In this document: one piece after another, positions 47,900 through 59,754 of the stretch
Layout of the letters: each line of letters opens with the position of its first letter
Position numbering within the stretch: the first letter of the stretch is position 1
Source of the DNA: Owenia fusiformis
Taxonomy: Eukaryota
DNA: 64,000 nt
Assembly (NCBI GenBank): GCA_903813345.2
Contig: CAIIXF020000001.1
Coordinates: 24,552,001 to 24,616,000 of the forward strand
Reading direction: 5' to 3'
Program-made: the position numbers and the translations under genes
Notes under the pieces: generated by a model
What the model saw: the letters and a program-made list of their open reading frames with translations, nothing else
Databases searched by the model: none
What the model was told of the DNA's origin: nothing

Positions 47900-50800
47900 T
47901 TAGCATTTGTAAAAAATAAGTAATAAACGAAATATGCTATGAAATAAAGTTGAAAAGAGCTTTTTTAGAAGTAAAAAGTAAATCAAAAATATGTAAATCA
48001 TGCTTTCCACTAGATGTTATTCGCATTTGTAAAAGGAAATGAATGAAAAATGCCATGACACGACGCTTAAGGAGGGTCAACATTTGTTGAAAATCAGACA
48101 TGAACAAAGTATACCAATGCATTTGTAAAAACTGGGGTATGAAAAAATAAGCAAAAAATGAAGAAGGAATTGGCTTTTTTATAAAATGAAATTAACAAAA
48201 TATATCCTCCATAACATTTGAGAGGAATTAGCATTTGTAGAAATTAAGGAATGAAAAATACCATTTATAAGATGAAGGAATAAACAAAATATATCATGTA
48301 TAACATTTGAGTGTAATTGGCACTTGTAGAAAATAAGGATTGAAAAATACTATTTATAAAATGAAGGAATTAACGAAATAAATCATGTACAACGTTTGAG
48401 TGGAATTAGCATTTGTAGAAAATAAGGAATGAAAAATACCTTTTATAAAATGGAGGCCGGAATAAACAAAACATACCATGTATAACATTTGAGTGGAATT
48501 AGCATTTGTAGAAAATAAGGAATCAAAATTATAATTTATGAAATGGAGGAATAAACAAAATATATATTGTATATCATTTGAATGGAATAAGCGTTTGTCG
48601 AAAAACAGGAATTAAAAATACCATTTACAAAATAAAGGAATAAACAAAATACATCATGTATAACATGTGACTGGAATTAGCATTTGTAAAAAAGGAATGA
48701 AAAATACCATATATAAAATGAAGGAATAACAAAATACATCATGTAAAACATTTGAGTGGAATTAGCATTTGTAGAAAAAAGGAATAGAAATACCATTTAT
48801 AAAATGAAGGAACAAACAAAATATATAATGTACAACATTTGAGTGGAATTAGCATTTGTAGAAAATAAGGAATGAAAATACCATTTATAAAATGAAGGAA
48901 TAATCAAAATATATCATGTGTAACATTTGATTGGAATTAGCACTTGTAGAAAATGAGGAATGAAAAATACCATTTATAAAATGAAGGAATAAACAAAATA
49001 TATCATGTAGAACATTTGAGTGGAATAAGCATTTTTATAAAATAAGGAATGAAAAATACCATTCATAAAATGAAGGAATAATCAAAATATATCATGTGTA
49101 ACATTTGATTGGAATTAGCACTTGTAGAAAATGAGGAATGAAAAATACCATTTATAAAATGAAGGAATAAACAAAACATATCATGTATAACATTTAAGTG
49201 GGATTAGCTTTTGTAGAAATAAGGAATGAAAAATACCATTCATAAAATGAAGAAATAAACAAAATATATCATGTAGAACATTTGAGTGGAATAAGCATTT
49301 TTATAAAATAAGGAATGAAAAATATCATTCATAAAATGAAGAAATAAACAAAATATATCATGTATAACATTTGAGTGGAATTAGCACTTATAGAAAATAA
49401 GGAATGAAAATACCATTTATAAAATGAAGGAATAAACAAAATATAACATGTACAACATTTGAGTGGAATTAGCATTTGTAGAAAATTAGGATAAAAAAAA
49501 CCATTCATTGAATGAAGGAATAAACAAAATATATCATGTATAACATTTAAGTGGAATTAGCATTCGTAGAAAATAATGATTAAAAAATAATGTAGAATAC
49601 CAAATTACTGGGATTAGCATAAGTAGAATATAAGCGTTGTTAAAAGTAGTATGTGAAGTGTATATATGAAAACTGTTGGATCTACTGTAAAAAAGTTTGC
49701 CCGAAAGTAAGTATGAATTTTATGACATGTTAAATATCTAGTTTGATCCTGTCAATTTGATCCAAAAATATCTTCATGTGATTGGAACTTGTATGTTTCG
49801 TGTGTCCTACAATGAAGAAAGATCAGTATTTAAATTCATATATTAATCAGTATGCTCAGAATTAAGATAATGTGATTATAAGTTTTGATTGTGCATCACA
49901 ATTTGCAGTACAAGTTCAATGTCTTGAGATACATTTTGTTTTACTGATATGCAATTTCTAAAAAGATAATAGGAAATCCTTTCAAGGATAATATACTGGT
50001 AACATCAATGGTGTCAGAGTCTTCTATTGTATGTTAATAAAATAAGGAGAGCGAATTAAATCATGTATTATTGACAATTTTGACAGATCAACACTGGTGT
50101 AATCACTGATAGTGATAGTGATGGGGATAACGATGACAATACGCTGCCACCAATAGACATGGACGCACTCGGTGAATCCAGCAGTAGTGGCAGTAACCAA
50201 GACGACTCGTTCGAGGTGTGTAGACTTAGCATAAGCATTTAATATGAAGGAATACACAAAATATTATATCATGTATAACATTTGAGTGGAATTAGCATTT
50301 GTAGAAAATAAGAAATGAAAAATACCATCTATAAAATGAAGGAATAGACAAAATATATATCATGTATAACATTTAAGTGGAATTAGCATTTGTAGAAAAT
50401 AAGGAATGAAAAATACCATTCATAAAATGAAGGAATAAACAAAATATATCATGTATAACATTTGAGTGGAATTAGCATTTGTAGAAAATAAGGAATGAAA
50501 AATACCATTTATAAAATGAAGGAATAAACAAAACATATCATATATAACATTTAAGTGGGATTAGCATTTGTAGATAATAAGGAATGAAAAATACCATTTA
50601 TAAAATGAAGGAATAAACAAAATATTTCATGTAGAACGATTAAGTGGAATTAGCCCTTGTAGAAAATAAAGAATGGAAAAATGGGAGAATAAACAAGATA
50701 TACCATGTATAACATTTGAGTGGAATTAGCATTTGTAGAAACTAAGGAATGAAAAATACCATTTATAAAATGAAGGAATAAACAAAACATAATCATGTAT

Positions 50801-51212
50801 ATCATTTAAGTGGAATTAGCATTTGTAGGAGATAAGGAATGTAAAATACCACTTATAAAATGAAGGAATAAACAAAATATATCATGTATAACAGTTGAGT
50901 GGAATTAGCACTTATAGAAAATAAGGAATGAAAAATACCATTTATAAAATGAAGGAATAAACAAATATTTCATGTAGAACAATTGAGTGGAATTAGCACT
51001 TGTAGAAAATAAGGAACGGAAAATACCATTTATAAAATGAAGGAATAAACAAAATATATCATGTAGAACAATTAAGTGGAATTAGCACTTGTATATAATA
51101 AGGAATGAAAATACCATTTATAAAATGAAGGAATAAACAAAATATATCATGAAGAACAAATAAGTGGAATTAGCACTTGTAGAAAATAAAGAAAAAAAAC
51201 ATTTATAAAATG
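47900..51212. repeat. 89-bp AT-rich tandem satellite, interrupted at ~49591-50230
   Basis: Monomer AAAATGAAGGAATAAACAAAATATATCATGTATAACATTTGAGTGGAATTAGCATTTGTAGAAAATAAGGAATGAAAAATACCATTTAT; period 89 between 50424 and 50513. Degeneracy increases toward the left edge. Confidence 0.93.
49591..50230 (+). mobile_element. Possible LTR retrotransposon remnant (LTR, PBS and a short internal part)
   Basis: Non-satellite insert beginning TGTAG and ending ...TAACA at 50004, followed by TGGTGTCAGAG (50009-50019), which resembles a tRNA primer-binding site. No recognisable gag or pol. Confidence 0.4.
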
Positions 51213-52099
51213 TTGGAACGCTAGACCACTTGGTTGAGGAGGAACCACACACGGTGAGTCAAAGTAAACCCAAATCTGTGAGAATACATAATCCCCAAAA
51301 GGGGATTAATTAGATCCGAATTAGATTAACGATTTGTGATATAATACTTTAATATGACACATATGTCCATATTTTCGTATTTTCAACTGAGAAACAGATT
51401 GTACATAAATATATTATCTAATGACACAGAACAGAAGATTCCACAATTACAAATATTTTCATTAGATAGGAATCCAATCAATCCATGTGCTTAAGCTCGT
51501 ATAATAAATATAAATCGAAATGTGGACCTAATTATTCTATCCAAAAAAGCGTCAGTCTATGCATCAATCCATTTATCCAAATCCTTTTATTCGGGAAGTA
51601 GTATAAAAAGAGGACACATGGGTTCATCCAAAAGTGATTGGAATTTCGACATTCAAAACTGCTACATCACAACCTATCCAAGTGATCCGTAGCATCCTGT
51701 TTTTATATTACTACAGAATAACACTGATTAACCTGAACTTACCGCAAAGAAATGGAGATAATGTTTCACAGATAGTTTGGCAGAGACCGCCCTAATTGCA
51801 AGAGAAATTCTTGCACAACAATGGCAATGTTAAGATCTTAACTATAATATTGTATTATTTATTCTTTCTCGGCTATTTTCTGCCACAACCGCGGGAATTA
51901 AGTTTTATCAATATCTTGCTTTTACACAGTTTATATAATACTCATCATTGTCTCTTCAACCGCAGATAATACAGCTATATTTAGTACGCTGTTTTTATTC
52001 AACTTGACTTTCACACCCAATCGTTTTCAATGTTTATGTTACGATACTGCGAAGCACTATTGGATTATGTTATAAGTTAAGTTTTGCATTAATTTTTTC

Positions 52100-52385
52100 A
52101 AGATACAGACTATCACACAGACACTCGCACAGACATTCACACAAATACTCACATAGATAATCACACAGACACTCACATATACACACACACGCACATACTC
52201 ACTCTTACAGACACTCATACATACACACACGCACACAGAAACGCACACAGATACTCGCATGGGCACTTCTACTCAGAGACGCACTTAGACACTCGCACAG
52301 ACACTCACACTGACATTCACACAGATACTCACACAGACTCTCACACATACACAGAAACGCAAACAAACACTCTCATATACACAGA
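52100..52385. repeat. Degenerate (CA)n / CACAGACACT microsatellite
   Basis: Low-complexity CA-rich tract. Confidence 0.85.
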
Positions 52386-52749
52386 AAATATAAATATTAC
52401 TCATTATATCTTCCAGATTGGACCCGAGTATCTTGGGCCGAGGTGCGGCATATGTGGACGGACCAGACGAACGGGGGATCCAATGGTCAAACTGGCGTGT
52501 GAGGTCCAGTTGAACATGGCACGACTTCGTTCATCATATCATACTGGATCCACGTGTCAAGATTTGCCAGTCACACCTTTTAAATAATGGGGACCTTAAG
52601 CATGACACTGTTCCAATGAAACACTTCAATTTTGCCACAGGTGGAATTGAAGTTCTTCCTCAAAGCAAGGCAACCCCGATAATCAATGAGTTGTGTGGCG
52701 TTGTTATATGACATTGCTAGGTAACAGAGCCCCGTTTAACTTCCCTAGA

Positions 52750-53100
52750 ATGTCTGACAACACTTGTCTTATACAGACGGGTTTTGACAAGGTCACCCTG
52801 TCCATCATGTCGAAATACCTACCACATGTTAGGAACACAAAAAAACGTTCCAAAATGAACGCTTTGTTAATATTCTGGATGAAGGTGAAAAGTAACGACC
52901 CCTACCCCAATATTGCAAGTTTATTTAACATTAACGAGAAGTTGCTAAGCAGAACAGAAAATTCAGTAATGGATGACCTTTTCAAATACTTTGTACCTAA
53001 CTACCTTGGGTTTAACCATCTTTCAAGGAATGGCGCCAAAATCCATATGACAGACTTTGGCACAACTTTTTTCGGAAATGATTCAATAGCGTTAATTTTA
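52750..53100 (+). pseudogene. PIF/Harbinger-ISL2EU-group transposase N-terminal fragment
   Basis: TGF..RNT..RS..AL.IFWMK..IASLFNI...SR (HTH-like), then FVPNYLGFNHLSR...HMT...FF..ALIL. It is truncated where the first catalytic DGT motif would be expected. Confidence 0.6.
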
Positions 53101-54604
53101 GGCCTAGCGTATCTCTTCCTTGCAACGATATGTCATCCATTCGCATGGGATAATGCTTGGTCGAATGATCATATTTTGCAAAGTGGGCAAAATCGACAAT
53201 CGCCTCGCGGACAACTTTAAAAATCACTGAAGTCGGTGCATGGGACCAGCTGCTATTGAAAGAAAGTTTTGATACCATGCTCAACATGCAAGATTGCATC
53301 CCATGCATTCAATTATCCATATGACCACCATTTCTATACTGCTTCACTCTTGTGGAGTAAACTTTTTTACTTTTCGTGGAATATTTCTTGTGATAATTCA
53401 TAGTATATCATCTCCATCATCCAGAAATGATCAACATCCAAAAATTATTTGACAATTCATTCATACTAAAGCGTTGAGAATAAATTGAATTCATAACTGA
53501 TTATACTTGCCATCAAAAATGGTTGCAGTGTATCGACACACGATTCAAGTGCATTTAGTCCCAAATTATGTTGAACAGTCCGATCCCAAACTCCATTATA
53601 CAGCATTTACTTGCGAGACAATAATATCAATAGCTCGTATTTTGCATATTTTCACCTGGTGATTCCAGATTGAAACAGACATGTAATCATTTTAATGTTT
53701 TATTTTCGTCATTAAAACCTATAAAATAAGATACCAAAAGACAACTATGCTGTATTTTATGAAAAATGTATCTACACTATACTCGAATGACATTTGTATA
53801 TAGCTGGTTGCATTTGTTTTGGATAATCAAATGTGTAGGCTCTTATTTTTCTGCCATGTTATTTTCCAAAAAATAACATGGTTGGAACATGACGTCACAG
53901 GTTTATTGAACATTAATAAATGAATGTGAAATATACAAAATGTTATAGGTGTACAATGGAATATTTTTCCATATATAAGGATTCTGTGGTCTTTTGATTC
54001 CCTATTTTTATTTGATTTATAGACGAAAATGAAACATTTACTGTAATCCAGCTGTAGGTATATTCACTGGTGATCCACTCGATTACGCTGGTTACCGAAA
54101 CGGTTCGTTTTGGTGAAAAAATGTCGGAAGGTACGATTTTTCTTTTTTGCTTATTTCGCTCGTTGTAGGCAGAATCCCCACGACATTTTTCTAACAAACG
54201 TGTTTCAGTATCGTTACGTTGTTTTATGAAAGACAACATTGTAGTTGCTGTTATTCATTGTAGTTGAAGTCACGGGCGTTCCAATGTTTTAAGAAATGTT
54301 TTCTACGTTTTCGTACTTCTTGTAATGTCATCTCTCCTATGAACTTTAAGTCAGTGTTGACTTGTACATGCAATCACAAAACCAAAGACGTCAACTGTCT
54401 CTCAATATCAGGAAGAGAACATGTGGGTGTAACAAGGTATTCATACAATAGTGCAAACTACCTTGTACCACTTGAAGTAGTTTCCCGTGTCATGATTTTT
54501 CATTCAGTAGAACCATGAGCTCTATCAGAGGTGGTAGAGCCCATGGTAGAACACTGGAAAATATAGGACATCGACGATTACTGAGACATGGCGTTACTTT
54601 GTTA

Positions 54605-55394
54605 CCCCCTATCACACCAAACTAGTTCTTACCCGTTCTTGCCAGTCCTACGAAAACTTCGTAAAACGGGCTCAATCTGGCTGTGGTCGGGTTCTATGTC
54701 TAAAATAATTAGCTACTTCGTTCATAAACAGTCTTCAATACGTCCATCTCATTCACAGTTCGTTCAGGTCGCACCAGGTCGGTGTGCAACGTCGGATAAC
54801 GCGTCCCTTAGTCTAGAAGGTCATCATGACCTGATTACAGAACGGTATGGTCGCCATCGAATTTTGAATCGATTCAAAATTCTAAAATCACCTTCCCGTC
54901 TGAGAGCGTTCATGAAGTTCGTAAATAGACCTTAGAAAGTTGCAGCTACGTTCATTCCGTTCGCACACATTGTAAAACCAGTTTTGAAAAACGCACTGGC
55001 AACTTGTTTGGTGTAATAGCTATATTTTTGCTACCTCGTTCATAAGCAGTTTAAACCCGTTTGCAATTAGTTCTACCTCGTTCTCAATACGTCCTCAGAC
55101 AGTTCAACTCGTTGCGTTGTTAAAACGTCCCTAGTAGGATTGAAGTACGACGGCTCCGTTCGTAGTACGCCCAGCTCGTCGTTAGTAGGTTGTCACTCGT
55201 TCTAGTTGTAGAACGTATCGACCACGAGAACATTTTGAGCATGTTCTAAGTTCTAGGGGACCTATCCGTTCGAGTACGTTCGATGAAGTTTGTAAATAGA
55301 CTCCAAACGGTTTTAAGTACGTCCATTCTGTTCGTACACAGCTGAAGCCCGTTTTCGAGAACGTAGTGAAAACTAGTTTGGTGTAATAGTAGGG
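54605..55394. mobile_element. PIF/Harbinger-type MITE with an internal partial duplication
   Basis: TTA|CCCCCTATCACACCAAACTAGTT ... AACTAGTTTGGTGTAATAGTAGGG|TTA. An extra right-end-like copy AACTTGTTTGGTGTAATAG lies near 55001-55019. Confidence 0.7.
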
Positions 55395-56007
55395 TTATGC
55401 AAATCCCGCGCAGGTGATAAATACATGCATCGAGACAGAGAAATTGTAGAAGTTTATGTATGTTGTTGATTCATGTATCCAATGAGTCCTCATTACGTAC
55501 ACGTTTGTCTGCGGAAAACATGCACCGAAGTATGTAACCAAAGGGTTTTTCCTACGATGGTATGCTGAATATCTCTAGTCACTAATTGAGATTCAATAGA
55601 TTTTCATTCAATGTTGATGATTTTCCCTATAGACATGGCTTCATACGAAAGCACATATAGTATACTATGTGGTTGTTCTGCAAGCTGTTAATTAACTTTA
55701 TGTTCACCATTTATTGTTATTATCACAATGTAATTTTTTATTGGTTACTCAAGAGATCGTTTTACAAGATAGAGCAATTCACTCAGGACAATCAAGTATT
55801 TCATTTCCCAGTTACATGTATGTATGGGAACCGGATGAGAACCAATAATAACACGGCGCACATTTTGCAGGTTGATTGACTTTATAATTAGCTCCATGCA
55901 AACTGCAATCAGACTCCAATTGTTTCTACAATTAACATAATTAACGAGCTGCATAATAACAAATTGTAACCAATAAGAGCCAGTCATTAACTTGAAGTAT
56001 GGTTGCA

Positions 56008-56123
56008 TAGTCTTGCTCAAAGACTGTATCCACCCCCCCCCCTTGTCACCTTCACTCTCTTTACCTGGCAATATATAGAGAAGGATAAAGGGGGGGGGGT
56101 ACAGGGTCTTTTAAGCAAGACTA
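56008..56123. mobile_element. 116-bp non-autonomous element with TAG..CTA ends and a 9-bp TSD (AcademH-like)
   Basis: ATGGTTGCA|TAGTCTTGCT ... AGCAAGACTA|ATGGTTGCA, with inner C-run and G-run arms forming a hairpin. Confidence 0.8.
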
Positions 56124-59100
56124 ATGGTTGCAGTTTCAATAGATTAAGCGGTAGCCGCATTGTGGGATCCACAGCCTTTACTATCCTTTTGGAATAGTTC
56201 TCTCAAAAGCGTTAGGTAAAGAGGGGCTCTGATAAATCAAGCGGTAGCCGTCATTTGAAATAAATGTACAGGTTTCATCATCATGGAATTCGAATAAAAT
56301 ATCTTTAAATGATTTGTCATAGTTGCCATTACTGTATTTTGACAAATATCAGAAAATATTAGCTGCCATATATAGTATGAATTATAAAATGTTGTACTAG
56401 ATCCTTACATTTTTCAAATAGTTGCCTAAAATGTCCACTTGACTCTATCTGTATATTGTTTCGATTTATCAACAGCGAACTCATCGTATTTTATATATTA
56501 GTTTTACTTAAAATGTGATCATTTAACATACGGTAATTCTTTTGAACGTTTTCAACAAATTGTACACTCCTTTCTCCAGTTCTAATGTTTGGGAATGTTT
56601 CATTCTCGTTTGCGTTGTCTTCAAAAGTGACATTTTCATGGCTCTCATTCATGTGCGCACATGTATTGTTATATTGTTGTATTTGTCATTGTTATCGAAA
56701 ATTAGTTTTAGATTATGTAAGAAAATGTTCAATTTGGATAATATGTAATTATCATGTACAGGATGGCAATTGACAAACTTTCACACGTTAAACTACTGCA
56801 CTCTTCAAACAACATGTAGTTACTGAAAAGTACTCGTTTATGCCTTGGTCACATTTCTTTCGATTTTCACTACGGCGCCCGGCCGATTGATTATTTTGTT
56901 TAAAATTAAATACAATATTGAACAAAACACTCAATGATCCAGGCTTTTAGTGACAATATGTGGGAGCATCGAAGATTTAATGTTTCTTTTGCCTTATTTC
57001 ACGATCTGTAGATAGTTTTCATGACATTTTTAGCAAAAACGTGTGTGCCAGAGTATGTTTAAGGGAATATGCAAGTTTGTGATGAACAATCGTTCAAAAG
57101 ACGACAGTTTCATCAATATAATATCTCACTAGTATTACGTAAACGGTAGGATGATTCTATTGTCTTATTGTCATATGAAACTGACAAACGTTCGTAATAA
57201 ATATGTCCTCGAAATAATTCGTGAAATAAGGAAAAAGGAAATCTTAACTTCGAGATGACATGACGATATTTTGTTACCGAAGCGGATCCTAGTTTGAAGA
57301 GTACAGTGTAGTTCGATTGAAGTAGCTGCGACGATGCTACACAGATAATTAATTGTTGCAGAATATCATCAACATAACTAAATGACATTTAGTATTGTCC
57401 GGATGTAATTAAATAACAGTTGTAGTATATGTAGAATAGAATTTTGAATAAAAAGATATTATATATGATAATTGATAAATCTGAATGTGCATTTTGTTTG
57501 TTCAATTAAGTAAGCTTTAGATTTATTTTATTTGAGATAGAATGCAAAAACAGCATAGTACGAGAGATGAGCAATCCGGTTTGGTGAATGGATTCTCGTA
57601 TTGGAAATGATTATTATCAATTGTTATATTCAACTATACTCAAAAATGGAAACCGACCTTTATATAACTCATGTACCGGATGATCACACTTGACAATTGT
57701 CATATCCGTCTATATGCATTGCTTATGCTTAATACTTAACTTTATCCAACGATTATTGTGGAATCTGTACAATAACACCCATTGATGTTTCTGATATTCT
57801 CGTGTGCTACTCATACGGCTGATATCGTATATGTACAGCCATTTTGTAAACTTGAATGAAATGTTTTAATTTTATGAATTATTGAAAATCAACGTGTGAT
57901 CAAACCCTAATACCAGATCATTTTGCCTCTTAGGTATGAAATATTTAATATCAACTCGGGAATACAAACATATCACTCAAAACAATCTGGGTTTTGTATT
58001 AAATCATCTTTGTGAAAAGCTGTATTTCATTTAGAGAGAATATTTTAATGCATTTTATGAATGGATTTTGGCAGTATTTAATTTTTGTTTTAAGTTTTAT
58101 TTCCATTTTCATCTCCCATAAGGATCCTAATTCCCCTTATCATCTAGTAGTCACTCCCGAAACTAATCAAAATATTGTTCTTAAAAACCTTTTGTTATCG
58201 AAACATAAATCGATATCTTAAACAAATCAAAAATGCCAATCAATAAAAAGAACCAATGGAATAATTAATAAAGCAGGCATCACTAACGGCTTTTCGAGGA
58301 GGGGAAATATGAATATGAATTCGGGTATATGAGCTGGTATATGAGGTTCTGGTTGTTTAGATTATCCCAAAGTCAATATAATGCATTTCCCCAAGATCTC
58401 GAGGCATGGGTTTCAAGGACAGATATAGAATGGAACCGACTACAGATTGGTATTTTTATCCCATACCACTCTGATGGCGACGATTAACACTGATGGCGAG
58501 CGGCGGAGATTCTGTAAGAGACAGAATCAAAACATCTGCCCGCTTAGCAAGAAAGTAAAGATTCCTGCCACATGTCGAAAGTACATAGAAATTATCCTAT
58601 ATAAGGTTCGAGATATTTGGATTATCCCGAGGCCAATATACACTTCTATAATGATAACATTATATCTGCCCGAAGGTCGTAGGTCCCGAGAGTAGACACA
58701 TTATATTGGCCCAGGGATAATCCCAATATCCTTAACTGACTATAAGATGATCTGTTTATTCCCCCAACAATCTTGCTCAACTAGTTACATTGTTCAATTG
58801 GCCGAGTTCAGAAAAAATCAACCGTAGGAATTTTTTTAGAATAGTCATGTCAAGTTTTGTTTTCTTGACCGTAGTAGGATTTTCCTGTTCTTTCAATCAG
58901 ATAATTATCCACATTTACATTTTCGTATCTTTGATCATTTACAGGGAAGAGTACAGTATATTCCTTCCCTTGTTTCAATCAGCAAACAGATCGCGATCGT
59001 CTTCATTTTTCGCCATTCCACCAACATACGAACGGCGATTGTAACGTAGCGGGCAGATATCAGGGCAGATATAAAATACCCGTTCAGGCCGAGACGTTAA

Positions 59101-59754
59101 GCTATATCTGCCCGCTGACCGTGAACTGTGATTAAATTAAAACGAATGTTTGAGGTGTGTAAACGAGCCAGGATACGCAAATAACACATATGAAGCTACA
59201 TTTTGATAAATCCGCAACACGAGACTGGACTCCGATTATAATATGTTGAATTTAATTCATTCGTTTTACTATCTACACATTCCCTTTTGACTTGAAAACA
59301 ATGAAACAGTGCTTCCCTCTTTAAAATAATTAATCATTAAAAGCGTAGAAAACTTGAAATATAACTAGTCAATCCCCGGGAATCTGAGCCTCCTATATTT
59401 TAACATGGGAAAAGTGGAAAAAGGTCTCAAAAACACATTTCTAGGAACGCGCCTCTCATTTATTTTCATTTTCTAAGATTTCTGATAACTAGGTATCTTC
59501 CAACTGTGACACTTTGCTTCTATCTTATAAGGCATTGCAATGATTGAATCACAAGTGAAGGGTCTAACCTTAAAAATGAGTTCATGGCTTTGCTAAATAT
59601 GTTCTTAAGAAATTTTTTTTTTATTACACATGTTGTCTTTTGGTATATCAAAATCCACCTCATTTCTAAAAAAGTGTCAAAATTCCATGATGATAACTTA
59701 TAGAATAAAAGAGTTGCAGCATTCTAAAAAGCTCTCCTTATCGGGGGTACACCT

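Larger units (their letters stand above)
40166..59754. mobile_element. ~19.6-kb TIR-bounded block inserted in the ~475-bp satellite (superfamily uncertain, Kolobok-like ends)
   Basis: Inverted repeats of ~110-120 bp with a 27-bp perfect core ACCCCCGATAAGGAGAGCTTTTTAGAA (40172-40198 versus 59722-59748). The satellite monomer stops at ...GGAAAACTATAA and resumes as TTGACCTAGATTTTGACC, in register. The flanks ATAA and TTGA are not a clean TSD. Confidence 0.6.
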
